From the NCBI GenBank assembly GCA_041601615.1, contig JBFIHX010000001.1, positions 128,001-192,000 on the forward strand: DNA of 64,000 bases. Direction: 5' to 3'. The position numbers and the translations under genes were made by a program. The notes beneath the pieces were generated by a model. That model searched no databases. It had not been told where the DNA came from and saw only the letters and a program-made list of their open reading frames with translations. Source of the stretch: Thermoplasmatota archaeon (GTDB lineage Archaea > Thermoplasmatota > E2 > JACPAO01 > JAHFTW01). Positions 10,197 to 20,775 of this stretch are shown here, piece after piece (position 1 is the stretch's first letter; every line of letters starts with the position of its first letter).

Positions 10197-11080
10197 AAGG
10201 CATCATCTTGGCGGGGGGCCACGGCACGAGGTTGTACCCGGCAACGAGGGCGGTCTCGAAGCAACTCTTGGCCATCCACGATAAGCCGATGGTGTACTAT
10301 CCGCTCTCGGTTCTGATGCTGTCTGGCATCCGCGAAGTGTTGCTGATTTCGACGCCGGACGATGTGGGCGGCTACAAGCGCTTGTTTGGCGATGGTTCTC
10401 GTTTGGGCATGAAGATCGAGTACGCAGTCCAGGATCGCCCCCGGGGCCTTGCGGACGCGTTCGTGGTGGGTGCCGATTTCATTGATGGAGAGCCTGTGTG
10501 TTTGATTCTCGGAGACAACATCTTCTTCGGTCCGGCCCTGACCGAGCGCCTGCACCGCGCCGCCTCCCGCACCCAGGGTGCGACGGTGTTTGCATACGAG
10601 GTGAAGGACCCGAGTCGGTTTGGTGTCGTGGAGTTCGACAAGGACCGCAAGGCGATCAGCATTGAGGAGAAGCCCGCGCAGCCGAAGTCTCATTTTGCCG
10701 TGACGGGGCTGTACTACTACGATCCTCGCGTCGTGGAGTTGGCGTGCACAGTTGAGCCGTCGGCCCGGGGCGAAGTGGAGATTACCTCCATCAACCAGGC
10801 CTACTTGGAACAAGGCGAGCTACACGTGGAAATTCTTGGCCGTGGCTTTGCTTGGCTGGACACGGGCACCCACGAAAGCTTGCAAGAAGCGACACAGTTT
10901 GTGCACGCCGTGGAGCGCACGCAGGGCTTCAAAATTGCCTGCCTTGAAGAAATCGCATTCCACAATCGCTGGATCGACGAGGATGGCTTGCGACGGGCGG
11001 CCGCCGAGATGCCCGGTACGGAGTACGCTGCGTACTTGTTGTCCATCCTTGACGAGGAGCGGAGCCGGGGCAACGACTAG
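10193..11080 (+). CDS. rfbA: Glucose-1-phosphate thymidylyltransferase
   Basis: [18 protein letters not shown]...[29 protein letters not shown]. Confidence 0.97.
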   Translation: MKGIILAGGHGTRLYPATRAVSKQLLAIHDKPMVYYPLSVLMLSGIREVLLISTPDDVGGYKRLFGDGSRLGMKIEYAVQDRPRGLADAFVVGADFIDGEPVCLILGDNIFFGPALTERLHRAASRTQGATVFAYEVKDPSRFGVVEFDKDRKAISIEEKPAQPKSHFAVTGLYYYDPRVVELACTVEPSARGEVEITSINQAYLEQGELHVEILGRGFAWLDTGTHESLQEATQFVHAVERTQGFKIACLEEIAFHNRWIDEDGLRRAAAEMPGTEYAAYLLSILDEERSRGND

Positions 11081-11148
11081 GCCGGTACGGACCTAGCCGA
11101 CGGAGTCAGCGGTGGCCCAGGGAGCGTGCCGTTGGCCGCGACCGTGCT

Positions 11149-12447
11149 TTACCCGACGATGCTCTCGAAGTCCCAGCCCTCGGGTGCTTGGGCAAACAAG
11201 CCGGCAAGGTCGAGGATGTGGGTTCGTGGTGTGTGTGCCCCGAGGACCTGACGGAACTCTGCTGCTCCGTGCGTGACGACGACGAGGTCGCAGCCTTCCA
11301 GTGCTTCTTCTGCGTCGGGGTACAGGAGCTCCTCGAAGTGGGGCAAGGTGTGGCGAATGAACTCCAGGTTGGTGCCCATCAGTCGGGCCTCTTGCACGCT
11401 GCCGTCGTAGATGCGCACGGTGATGCCTTCACCCAGCAGCGCCTTTACGAGGGGTACGGCGGGGCTTTCTCGCAGGTCGTCGGTGCCGGGTTTGAACGCC
11501 AGTCCGAACACAGCGACTCGGCGTGCTCCGGTGCGCAGCACGAGGTCCAAGGCGTGTTGGATGTGTGCGCCGTTGCTTGCTTGCACTGCCTCCAAGAGTG
11601 GCGCCGTGACGCCGGCCGAGCGGGCGTAGAAACCAAGCGCACGGGTGTCTTTGGGAAGGCACGACCCGCCGTAGGCAAACCCGGGGCGCAGGTGGTGTGC
11701 CGAGAGGTTGTAGCGGGTGTCTTGTAGGAAGATTTCCATCAGTTCGCGGCCATCCACGTTGAGGCCTTTGGCGATGCGGCCAATTTCATTGGCAAAAGCG
11801 ACTTTGGTGGCGCGCCAGGCGTTGCAGGTGGTTTTGACCAGTTCCGCCACGCGCACGTCAACGCTGAGCACGGCGGCGTTCACGGAGGCGTACAGTGCTC
11901 GCAAGGCCCGTTCGGCTTCGGCGTCCTCGGTGCCGATGACGGTGTATGGGGGGGCGTCGTAGTCCTTGAGGGCGCTGCCTTCGCGTAGGAATTCAGGGTT
12001 GAAGGCGACGGGAACGAAACGACCTGCTTCTTCGCGGATGATTTTGGCGCACTCGTGGGTGGTGCCTGGGGGAACGGTGCTTCGCAGCACGACGACGTGA
12101 TCGCCGTCTTTGCTTCGAATGGCGGCGCCGATTTGCCGACAAACGTTCCAGACGTGTTGCAGGTTTGGGCTGCCGTCCACTTGCGATGGCGTGCCGACGC
12201 TGATGAAGCTGACGTCGGTCTCGTGCACGGCGGCGGTGGCGTCGGTGGTGGCGTGGATGCGCCCTGCGGCGACACCGTCGCGCAGTTGCTCGGAGAGTCC
12301 CACTTCGACGATGGGTGCGAGTCCTTGCGCCATGTTGCGCACTTTGTCTTCGCTTACATCTACGCCTACGACCGTGAATCCATCTCTTGACAGGCACGCC
12401 GAAGTGACGGCGCCAACGTAGCCAAGTCCGAAGATGCTTACCCGCAT
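11149..12447 (-). CDS. UDP-glucose/GDP-mannose 6-dehydrogenase family (AlgD-like)
   Basis: GLGYVG, NPEFLREG, GFAYGGSCLPKD (catalytic Cys), FKPGTDDLRESP. Confidence 0.93.
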   Translation of the reverse strand: MRVSIFGLGYVGAVTSACLSRDGFTVVGVDVSEDKVRNMAQGLAPIVEVGLSEQLRDGVAAGRIHATTDATAAVHETDVSFISVGTPSQVDGSPNLQHVWNVCRQIGAAIRSKDGDHVVVLRSTVPPGTTHECAKIIREEAGRFVPVAFNPEFLREGSALKDYDAPPYTVIGTEDAEAERALRALYASVNAAVLSVDVRVAELVKTTCNAWRATKVAFANEIGRIAKGLNVDGRELMEIFLQDTRYNLSAHHLRPGFAYGGSCLPKDTRALGFYARSAGVTAPLLEAVQASNGAHIQHALDLVLRTGARRVAVFGLAFKPGTDDLRESPAVPLVKALLGEGITVRIYDGSVQEARLMGTNLEFIRHTLPHFEELLYPDAEEALEGCDLVVVTHGAAEFRQVLGAHTPRTHILDLAGLFAQAPEGWDFESIVG

Positions 12448-12658
12448 GATGGGGCCGCGAGAGGGGGCGCCGTTTTGAAGGGTGGTATCCCAGTCCTGCG
12501 CATTGGCTGGCGGGTTCTACTTGCTTCGAAGGCGTTGGATGGGCTGGGTCGCATGCAAAAACCATATCCATGTGTCCACGGGCTGTGGATTTGGGTTGCA
12601 CGTTGTCCCTTGCGGTTCGTGCGGATTGCGGTGGCGTGCTGGATGGGCCCAGGCTGTT

Positions 12659-14215
12659 TCAAGTGGACCGTCGAAGACTGCGCAAGTGGTCGCGGAATTC
12701 GGGAAGGGCCGGGTTGCGGCCAAGCACATTCAATAGGAGGTAGGCGGCCAGCGTTATGGGCACGAGGATGACGACCTGGAGCCAAGTTGCTTGGGCCTCG
12801 AGCTGCGATGCAATCCATATGCCTCCTGCGGTGACGGACATCGCAGCCACAAGCGATGGGAGTACATCTTGCATTGGGTGCGTGGATTGCCGTTCCATCA
12901 GTCGGGTCACGTAATGGCCGTTGACAAGCAATGCCAGATATGCGACAGACACGGAGCCCCAAAGGAGTGCATAGAACCCAAACAGCACCCCGATCACGAG
13001 AACGACTCCGGAGGCACACAGAGTGAGTACTGCAAGGCGCAACGCTAGGTCTGATCGGCCGAATACATTGAGGAGGTTGCGCATCACGGCGTGCAAGGGA
13101 ATCACGGCCCCGGAAACACAGAGAACTTGGAAGATCGGCACGGCGCCGAGCCATTGGGTGCCTAGTACGAGTTCGATTAAGGGCCCGGCCGTGACGATGA
13201 GTGTCGCCATCATGGGCATGGAAACGAAGGAGACGGAGCGAACGAGCGACCGAAACGACCGAGCCAGGCGCTCGGGGTTGTCCTGCATCCGTGACAGCAA
13301 GGGGTAGGTGACGTCTTGGATGACGCCGCCTAGGGCCATGCTTGGAAATTGCACGAGTACCTTGGAGCGCCGGTATTGGCCCAGGGTTTCGACAGAGAAC
13401 TGTTTGCCGATGACTAGGCTGTACAATTCACGGCTCAATGTGCCAAGAAGCGACGTGAACATCAATTTGTAGCCGAAGCTATAGTGGTGTCGGAAGCGCA
13501 ATTTGTCGAATGTCAAGGAGGGATGCCAGCTAGATGCAATCCAGAAGAAGATCGCCATGATGAGGTCCCGGCTGAAGTGGTATGCAACGATGCTCCATAC
13601 GCCAAAGCCTTGCCATGCCATGGTGATGCCAAGCGCGGCGCCCAGGATGTGGCCCGGGACGCGCATCAGTGCGAGGCGCTTGAATTGAACGCGCTTGAGC
13701 ATGATGCTGCGCTGAATCACCGTGAACGCCGACACGGGCACCATCAGGCCATACACACGAAGCAGCGGCTCGAGTATGGGTTCTTCGTAGAATCGGGCCA
13801 CGAAGGGAGCAATGGCAAAAAGGAATCCATAGAATGCAATGGCCATCACCACGGACGCGTAGAACACCGTCGAAAAATCCCTATCGTCGGCTTCTTTCTC
13901 GCGGATGATGGAGAGGCCCAAGCCACCGTCGATGACTTGGCGGCCGACTTCGTAGAAGACCACGAGAATGGCAATCAATCCGAACTCAAGCGGCGACAGC
14001 AATCGGGCTAGGACGATGGTGGCAAGAAAGCCCAAGCCAGTGAGGAAGAACCGTTCGATGCCCGTCATCAAAAATCCACGACGTGCATGTTTGCGCATGT
14101 CGTCGCGGGGCGCGCGCGTTGAAGCCGCGCCCGGGCCCGAATCGTCGTGTGGCGGGGTGGCTGTCGCCGCGTGGGGCGTGCCGGATGGAGACGGTTCGGG
14201 AGATTGGGGAGTCAT
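12659..14215 (-). CDS. wzx: Wzx-type polysaccharide flippase (WzxC/PST family)
   Basis: LARLLSPLEFG, many TM helices, GFGVWSIV, LGTQW; start uncertain between 14098 and 14278. Confidence 0.9.
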   Translation of the reverse strand: MTPQSPEPSPSGTPHAATATPPHDDSGPGAASTRAPRDDMRKHARRGFLMTGIERFFLTGLGFLATIVLARLLSPLEFGLIAILVVFYEVGRQVIDGGLGLSIIREKEADDRDFSTVFYASVVMAIAFYGFLFAIAPFVARFYEEPILEPLLRVYGLMVPVSAFTVIQRSIMLKRVQFKRLALMRVPGHILGAALGITMAWQGFGVWSIVAYHFSRDLIMAIFFWIASSWHPSLTFDKLRFRHHYSFGYKLMFTSLLGTLSRELYSLVIGKQFSVETLGQYRRSKVLVQFPSMALGGVIQDVTYPLLSRMQDNPERLARSFRSLVRSVSFVSMPMMATLIVTAGPLIELVLGTQWLGAVPIFQVLCVSGAVIPLHAVMRNLLNVFGRSDLALRLAVLTLCASGVVLVIGVLFGFYALLWGSVSVAYLALLVNGHYVTRLMERQSTHPMQDVLPSLVAAMSVTAGGIWIASQLEAQATWLQVVILVPITLAAYLLLNVLGRNPALPEFRDHLRSLRRST

Positions 14216-14531
14216 ATGGGCTCGGTTGCCGCACGGTACGGCGTGGACAGGATGCGGGGACCGCTCGGTTGCCGGCACGTCGGCGACTCTATTTCATGTT
14301 GGAAGGTCTGCTGTTCCGGCGCACCCCCCGCCCCGTTGGATTTCGGCGTCCGTTGCGTGGCCTCCGCAGATTGGCTGGACCGTGTGGGCGAGGGGCGCGG
14401 GGAGTGGGCAGAGTACCCCCGATGAATTGTTAGGGGAATTGCCGCTCGAGACGGGGAAGGAGCGCATGGGCATTTGTGTGGCACCCTCGATGGAAACCGG
14501 GAAATCCAATCGCAGAGTCGTGGGTAACAAC

Positions 14532-15395
14532 ATGGTGAAATTGGCTCTGGAAAAACTGCGCAATGGCGTGATGTTTCGGGTTCGTAGCCGCCTTGCCCAC
14601 AGACGCCCAGATCGAAAAGTGGAGATTTTCATAGTGGGGGCCCAGAAGGCAGGAACGACGGCACTTTTTGAAATTCTGAGCCATCATTCTGAAATTGCAG
14701 GCGCCGCCATCAAGGAAACCAATTACTATGGAAAAGGTGGAGATGCAGATTCGAGTGCATGGAACAATGTTGGGGGTTTTTTCCACCGAGGAGCATGGAA
14801 AGATCACCGCCTAAAGCTGATGGAAGCAACACCCCGCTACCTCTCGGATCCAGGCAGTCATGAGAAAATATTTGCACACAATACCAATGCAAAAATTATC
14901 ATTATTCTTCGCAATCCAGCGCAACGAGTTCTTTCGGCATGGACTATGTACCATGCCCATTTTAAGACAGGGCGATACGAGCATTACCACGATGCTCGCC
15001 CGTTTGCGCAAGTGGTTAAAGAGGAATTAGCCGCTCCAGGAGATGCGCAATCCAATCCGAAGGGCTATGTCCATCGAGGATTGTATTTGGAGCAGATTCA
15101 ACGGTACCAAAAGCAATTTGGCCAAGATCAGGTCATCATCCTGGAAAACGACGACCTCCGGAATGATTTTGACCGCGTCAGCCGCGAATTGCAAGAATTC
15201 CTAGGCGTGCAGTACGAACCCCTCCAACCTCGGCAAGCGAACCAACGGCGCGTGCAAAACCGAGAGAACTACCCGGAGCAGATGAAGCAACTGTACGCGT
15301 TCTTCGAAGGTCCGAACCATGCGCTGTTTCAGGCGCTCGGGCGCAGCTACCCCTGGGGGCCGCCCGAGGAGCCCGCCAAGGATGCAACCCCATAG
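14532..15395 (+). CDS. PAPS-dependent sulfotransferase (heparan-sulfate sulfotransferase-like)
   Basis: 5'-PSB GAQKAGTT, EATPRY, 3'-PB LRNPAQRVLSAW, RGLY; alternative start 14490. Confidence 0.9.
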   Translation: MVKLALEKLRNGVMFRVRSRLAHRRPDRKVEIFIVGAQKAGTTALFEILSHHSEIAGAAIKETNYYGKGGDADSSAWNNVGGFFHRGAWKDHRLKLMEATPRYLSDPGSHEKIFAHNTNAKIIIILRNPAQRVLSAWTMYHAHFKTGRYEHYHDARPFAQVVKEELAAPGDAQSNPKGYVHRGLYLEQIQRYQKQFGQDQVIILENDDLRNDFDRVSRELQEFLGVQYEPLQPRQANQRRVQNRENYPEQMKQLYAFFEGPNHALFQALGRSYPWGPPEEPAKDATP

Positions 15396-15450
15396 CGGCA
15401 TGGGGCCCGTCTAGTTCGAAGCGACTGGTTGTAGTGGATTCAATCGCGCT

Positions 15451-16359
15451 TTAGGGTTCCTGCCACAGAACGGGAAACACATCTGGATCCCGGTAGTCCG
15501 GCTTCCCTTGGGCGTCGCGCCTGCATAGGTGATCATAGCTGATGACAATCGGGGAGCCGTCGGGTGCCGTGGCGCCTTTGTACCGATTGTGCGCATCCTG
15601 ATAATGCACCGCCAGAGCCAGTCGATCTCGGCCGGACGTGTTGGACCCACTGGCATGGATGGTGCGGCAATTGTGGAAGCTGACTTGGCCACGTTTCACG
15701 GCGACTTGGATTCGGCGTGCGTTGGGGTGCGTTTGCTGCATCAATGCATCGAGGTCCCCGAGTTGCTGTCGGCCAAATCCAAACGCGCCCGCAAACGGAC
15801 CGTGATCCCACTGGTTGCTGCCCTCTACATAGACTGGCGTGCCCATGTCGACGGTGCAATCACTCAGCGCAATCCAGGCCGTGAGCATTCGAGTGGAGGT
15901 GCAAGTGGGCCAGTAGGCTTTGTCTGTGTGCCAGCCCACAACGGACCCTTCTGGACGGTCTGACGATGGGCGGCTTCGTTTCAAAAGAAGCGAGTCTGCA
16001 AAGTATCGAATCAGAGGCGTTTGCGCCAGTCGCGCAGCAGTGGCAACCACCATCGGATGGTATGCGAGGCTGGCGAGTGCATCGACGCGTAGTGCCACCA
16101 TTTCGTTGTTGATGAGGCGGACTCGCGTATCGTATGGATTGTCTGCTAGGTGCTCCATGCCGCGCAGTTCGTGGTCCCGGTGCCCCTCGTAGAATGCATG
16201 CGCTCCTGCGATGGCGGCTTCCAAGGTGGCGTCGTCGATGATGACGGGAGAAATGTGCCAACCAAGTCGTACGTAGGCTTGCACTTCCTCGGAGCTGGGC
16301 AGCAAGCTGATTTGCTCCGGCGACAAGTCCCTGGTGGTGCTTGCTTGTGGGGTACTCAT
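15451..16359 (-). CDS. Phytanoyl-CoA dioxygenase (PhyH) family Fe(II)/2OG oxygenase
   Basis: WHTDKAYW (HxD), LTAWIAL, TIHASG (distal His), RLAL (2OG-binding Arg). Confidence 0.88.
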   Translation of the reverse strand: MSTPQASTTRDLSPEQISLLPSSEEVQAYVRLGWHISPVIIDDATLEAAIAGAHAFYEGHRDHELRGMEHLADNPYDTRVRLINNEMVALRVDALASLAYHPMVVATAARLAQTPLIRYFADSLLLKRSRPSSDRPEGSVVGWHTDKAYWPTCTSTRMLTAWIALSDCTVDMGTPVYVEGSNQWDHGPFAGAFGFGRQQLGDLDALMQQTHPNARRIQVAVKRGQVSFHNCRTIHASGSNTSGRDRLALAVHYQDAHNRYKGATAPDGSPIVISYDHLCRRDAQGKPDYRDPDVFPVLWQEP

Positions 16360-17579
16360 CGCATCACATTCCGGAACCGGGCGCGCAATTCGTCTTCGTC
16401 GCCCTCAAGGATCAGCGAAGACATCTTGCGATGGTCGGTTTTGTTGGTGACTGGGTGGCTGGAGGTGCGAAAGTCGCCCATGCCAAAGTAGTGGTTGTCG
16501 AAGAATAGGAGGGTGCCCACAATGTAATCCTCGTACTCGACGCCCCCCACGGATCCCGAGATCAGGCGTTGTTCAATCCATTGCTGCAAGACGAGATTCT
16601 CTCGGCTGGGCCCATCCAGCAGAGTTTCCCACTCTTCTTGCGGCGTCACTTGGCCTGCGTAGACTTCCTGGCTTTTGCCAAGGATACGGTGTTTTATGAT
16701 CCACGCATCCTTGTTTTGCCGCGCATCCTGCCACAAATCCAATCGTTCCGTGGCCGTGTAGGTAGGCACCAGGAATCGCTGGAAAAACGCCCGCTCTTCC
16801 GGTTCCAACACATCCTGAAGCAGTTCTTCCTGGCAGAGGGTGGAAAAGAACCGCTTGTCGTGGATGAGGAATATGGTGCGCAGGTCGTTGATGGACCGCA
16901 TGCGTATGAGGCGAGCCAGAACGTCGTCTGGCAATCTCAGCAATTCATCGAAGGACAATTCGTAGATGATAAGGGGATTCTTCCAGGATGCGATGCGATT
17001 TGGAATCTCTTGGTACGGCACGCATTCCACATCTATGCCCATTCTCTCTAGGATGGGGACGAAGATTTTCGACTCGTTGCGTTTGTCTGCTCCTGTGGCT
17101 ACAACGACGCGGTCTGTTCCTTCCAGGTACGAATAGAGGTGCGCGTGGAGGGGGGAATCACGATCAACAAAAGCCGTGTCCGACGCGTGCTTGGCGTGAA
17201 AATCTCGAGTGAGTCGGGCCATGATGGTGGACAAGAAAATCCCATTGAGGCCCATGCGACATGTGATTTCGATCATGCGGGCTTGGCCCTCCGGATCGAA
17301 GACGAAGTCTGTGCGGTACGTTCCCGGACGGTACGGCACGTCGCGGTACATTTCGAGTACTTGTTCAATGCGAGGCGAAACCGGCATCAAGTGGCGGTAT
17401 CGAGGGTACTCGGTGACGAACCGGGTTACAAGCCGCTCCATGAGGCCTTGCAGCCGCACAAACTCGGCATCCACGCGGGCAGGAACAATGAACGGCTCAT
17501 CGAAGAGCCATTGCTGGTAGTACGGCGCCCGTTCCTTTGCCCATGCCGCAATGGCATCCTGCAGGGTTTTGAGTTCCAT
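16356..17579 (-). CDS. ATP-grasp-like ligase A (glutathionylspermidine synthase-like / circularly permuted type)
   Basis: YRTDF...MIEIT, HDKRFF, WIIKHRILGKSQEVYAG, LVLQQWIE; ATGA overlap with the PhyH gene. Confidence 0.7.
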   Translation of the reverse strand: MELKTLQDAIAAWAKERAPYYQQWLFDEPFIVPARVDAEFVRLQGLMERLVTRFVTEYPRYRHLMPVSPRIEQVLEMYRDVPYRPGTYRTDFVFDPEGQARMIEITCRMGLNGIFLSTIMARLTRDFHAKHASDTAFVDRDSPLHAHLYSYLEGTDRVVVATGADKRNESKIFVPILERMGIDVECVPYQEIPNRIASWKNPLIIYELSFDELLRLPDDVLARLIRMRSINDLRTIFLIHDKRFFSTLCQEELLQDVLEPEERAFFQRFLVPTYTATERLDLWQDARQNKDAWIIKHRILGKSQEVYAGQVTPQEEWETLLDGPSRENLVLQQWIEQRLISGSVGGVEYEDYIVGTLLFFDNHYFGMGDFRTSSHPVTNKTDHRKMSSLILEGDEDELRARFRNVMR

Positions 17580-17971
17580 CTACTGCTCCTGAATGGTTGC
17601 ATCGGATGCAAATACATTCAGGACACCCGCACGGACGACCAGGGCCCCGATAAGCTCCAAAATGGGTGCCCCGGAAGCACCCCGGATCTCTCCTTTTCCC
17701 CTACTACTACGCATGCTGATGCGGCCAGGAATAGCTCGCTAATGAATGGGTTGGAACCCCTCCTGCATCAGCGCTAGAGTCGAGCGCACGGAATTTCGTG
17801 AAGGCCCGATGTTCCACTCCGTCCTGCTCGCCGTCGCCTCGCAATGTTCTGGACTGTCACCCCGGAAATTCCATAACAGATTTTTTCCTCGTGGATGCTA
17901 GGTGTTCCATTGATGCAAAGTCCATCCATGTGCGACCGTAGATGGTTTCCTAGGAACGACCAGGTGAGCAA

Positions 17972-18952
17972 ATGGATCGCAACATGAGCATTCTCCCCGG
18001 CAAACCACAAGGAAATTCGCAAGGAATGCCGCACCCCGTTGGCACCAAGGATTCGGATTTTATTGCATGGATCAACGCGACTTTGCGTGCGCCCGAGCGG
18101 GAGTACTTCACCAGCGAGACCCTGCACCCTACGGTGCATATCCTGGGGTTGCCAAGATCTGGGACCACGTTGGCTTCGCAACTTTTGGTCCGACACCTCG
18201 ACATTGGGTATGTGAGCAACCTGGCGGCCATGTTTGGCAGCGCACCCGCGACGGGTGTGCGAATGCAAAAATTCTTGGGGTTGCGCCCGGGCCAAGCCCC
18301 TTTGGAGTCGACCTTTGGAAAAACACATTCCTTGGATGAGCCCCACGAATTTGGGTACTTCTGGCGGGATTTGCTGGGGAATGATGGCGGGCAGGAGGAG
18401 CCCACGCAGGAGCAGCGAGACGCCGTGGACTGGCCGAGTGTACGCGACAGCATGGCGCGCATTACAGGCGCTTGGGGTGGACCGGTTCTTTTCAAACCCT
18501 TCATTCTTGCATGGTATGCCAAGGAATTCGTAAGTCAAGTTTCATCCAGCTACTTCCTCTGGGTTCAAAGAGACCTAACTCAAATTTGCATATCAATGTG
18601 GGAAATGTACAAACAACAGGGCGAAAATAGTTTCCGAACCCAATCCCTCCAGCCTTCGTCCATCGGCAAGGACCCGTTGGAGCGAGTGGTGCGCCAGGCA
18701 AGTCTACTCCACGAGGCTTTGGAAAGGAATTTGGCGCGGGTGCCCGCCGAAAGGCTCGTTCGCGTGGCCTACGCAGATTTGTGTACGAATCCCGCCGGCC
18801 TCATCGACGTTGTGCAGAACAAAATGGCGATGGAAGGAGCCCACCTGAACCGACTTTCCTGGCCACCTGCTGCACAAAAAATTCGAACGTGGGATGCCGG
18901 CAAGGACCCGGACCACCGTCGGATAGCGGACTTGGTCGCGTCCATGGGCTAG
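17972..18952 (+). CDS. Sulfotransferase family protein
   Basis: GLPRSGTT 5'-PSB; WVQRD 3'-PB; YADLCTNP. Confidence 0.85.
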   Translation: MDRNMSILPGKPQGNSQGMPHPVGTKDSDFIAWINATLRAPEREYFTSETLHPTVHILGLPRSGTTLASQLLVRHLDIGYVSNLAAMFGSAPATGVRMQKFLGLRPGQAPLESTFGKTHSLDEPHEFGYFWRDLLGNDGGQEEPTQEQRDAVDWPSVRDSMARITGAWGGPVLFKPFILAWYAKEFVSQVSSSYFLWVQRDLTQICISMWEMYKQQGENSFRTQSLQPSSIGKDPLERVVRQASLLHEALERNLARVPAERLVRVAYADLCTNPAGLIDVVQNKMAMEGAHLNRLSWPPAAQKIRTWDAGKDPDHRRIADLVASMG

Positions 18953-18986
18953 CTGGCCCAGTTGAATGCGCCATTCTTGCGGGATT

Positions 18987-19724
18987 TCAAGGAGTGATTT
19001 CGCGGCGTGCCTTCAAAAGCTCCCGCGTTCCCTCTGCGCCCAAATGCATGAGCGTGTCGATGATGGATGCAAGAGGCCGCCCCTGGGCCTGGACCGCTTC
19101 CGTTGTGGGTCCAACGAAGCGTAGCTTGAGTCCGTTTTTTTCAAACGATTCACGCCGATACAACTCGGTCCCACCCATAGGATTCAGATAGGCTCCGGCC
19201 CCCTCGCGTTGGCAGAATTCTATGATGCGTTGCTCCATGGGCTCCAGGCCTGCTTGTTTGGCTCGTTCCTGTAGGCCCTCCTCCACGTCGAGAAACATGT
19301 CATCGCCACGCACCACGGGCGTGTCAATGCCAATCAGAGAGCACATTTCCCGAATGTTTTCGAGATTGTACGCTCCAATGCGCTGCTCCTGGCGATGGAT
19401 CATGTTCTCCAAGGCTGGGTATATTTCATTGAAATGGGGCGCATGACGATAATTCAGGTCAATCGTCTCCAGAGTGCGTCGGCGCCAGGTTCCGTCTCGC
19501 AGCACGCGAATGTCTCTGATTCGAGTAAAGGAGGATTGGCCAGAAACGTCCGCTCGAATCCAGATTGGTTTCTTGGATGTTTTACCGATGACTTGATTGC
19601 GAGTAATCCAGGAGCTTTTCCGGAAATTGAAATTGCCATAGACCACAAATCGATCCGCCGCATCGATAAGTTGGAAGTATCCCAGGTAAGGGAAAAAATA
19701 GGGTTGCATCACTGCTAAGCGCAT
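18987..19724 (-). CDS. WbqC family protein (copy 2)
   Basis: MQPYFFPYLGYFQLI, W..RN, NYRHAPHF, YLNPMGG..LY, SIIDTLM. Confidence 0.92.
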   Translation of the reverse strand: MRLAVMQPYFFPYLGYFQLIDAADRFVVYGNFNFRKSSWITRNQVIGKTSKKPIWIRADVSGQSSFTRIRDIRVLRDGTWRRRTLETIDLNYRHAPHFNEIYPALENMIHRQEQRIGAYNLENIREMCSLIGIDTPVVRGDDMFLDVEEGLQERAKQAGLEPMEQRIIEFCQREGAGAYLNPMGGTELYRRESFEKNGLKLRFVGPTTEAVQAQGRPLASIIDTLMHLGAEGTRELLKARREITP

Positions 19725-20042
19725 GGTGAATCAAGTGGGTTGGTGCATTTCGCCCATAGGCGGATAGATGCTTAAGCCGGTTAATCATTACCATAGCCCC
19801 CCACGTGACGACGCACGCAGCAAAGCACCCATCGGCATGGCACAAAACGGAATCTACAACCCAGCATTCCATCAATGGGGCAACATGAATTACCCCATCG
19901 ATACAATTTTTTTTAGTGCTTTGTTATTTCTCCACGTGCCATGTTCCCAAGGATAGGCGGAACGATAAACGACCTAGACAGCCCCAACGAGACTTTAATC
20001 AATAAGAACATTTCGCCACCGACCTAGCGGCATGGGTGGCCG

Positions 20043-20774
20043 TCATGACTCCTGCCTAGCCGAAAGCAAATTGTGGGTTCCTTCAAAACCTGCGTGCATG
20101 AGGGTATCAATGATGGAGATCAGGGGACGACCCAGTTGGGTTGCAGCTTCGGAAGATGGCCCAACGAATCGTAAGTCGATGCCATGGGCCGCCAAATCCT
20201 CCTTGCGATACAGCTCCACGCCCCCAGGAGGGTTGAGAAACGCCGTGGCCCCCTCTATTTTGCATATATCGACGACGCGCTGGACCCTTGGCTCCAATCC
20301 AGACGCCTGCGCCCTTGCTTCTAGGTCTTTTTCCGCGGCGACATACGCATCATCGTCGTGCATGATGGGCGTGTCGATTCCGATGAGGTTGCAGATGTGG
20401 CGAATGTTTGCCACGTTGTACTTCGCCAAATTGGTTTCTTCTCGCATAACCATTTTTTCGACTTCTGGATACACATCATTGAAGTAATGTGCTTTTTTGT
20501 AATAAAAGTACGCTTGATTAAGAATTCTTGTGCGCCAGTCATTGTTGTCGGAAATTTCTACCGTCCGGATGAGAGCATATGAGGACTGGTTTTTCACTGG
20601 GACACGAATCCAGGAAGGATCCGGAGCGCCGCGTTTTTGAAGTTGATTGCGCGAAATCCATGAATTTTTACGGAAAGTGACGTTTCCACTGAACAAGAAT
20701 TTATCAGCGGCGTCGATAAGCTGGAATTGCCCCAGATACGGGAAAAAGTAGGGCTGCATAACTGCTAGGCGCAT
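20043..20774 (-). CDS. WbqC family protein (copy 1)
   Basis: MQPYFFPYLGQFQLI, WISRN, YKKAHYF, FLNPPGG..LY, SIIDTLM. Confidence 0.92.
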   Translation of the reverse strand: MRLAVMQPYFFPYLGQFQLIDAADKFLFSGNVTFRKNSWISRNQLQKRGAPDPSWIRVPVKNQSSYALIRTVEISDNNDWRTRILNQAYFYYKKAHYFNDVYPEVEKMVMREETNLAKYNVANIRHICNLIGIDTPIMHDDDAYVAAEKDLEARAQASGLEPRVQRVVDICKIEGATAFLNPPGGVELYRKEDLAAHGIDLRFVGPSSEAATQLGRPLISIIDTLMHAGFEGTHNLLSARQES

Positions 20775-20775
20775 G

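Noticed and set aside
13968-14489. N-terminal extension of the sulfotransferase
   Set aside because: It overlaps wzx antisense and the divergent promoter region, and has no protein-like features.
15393-15404. 12-nt TAGCGGCATGGG shared with about 20025-20036
   Set aside because: Too short, only two copies and no shared flanking structure; consistent with chance.
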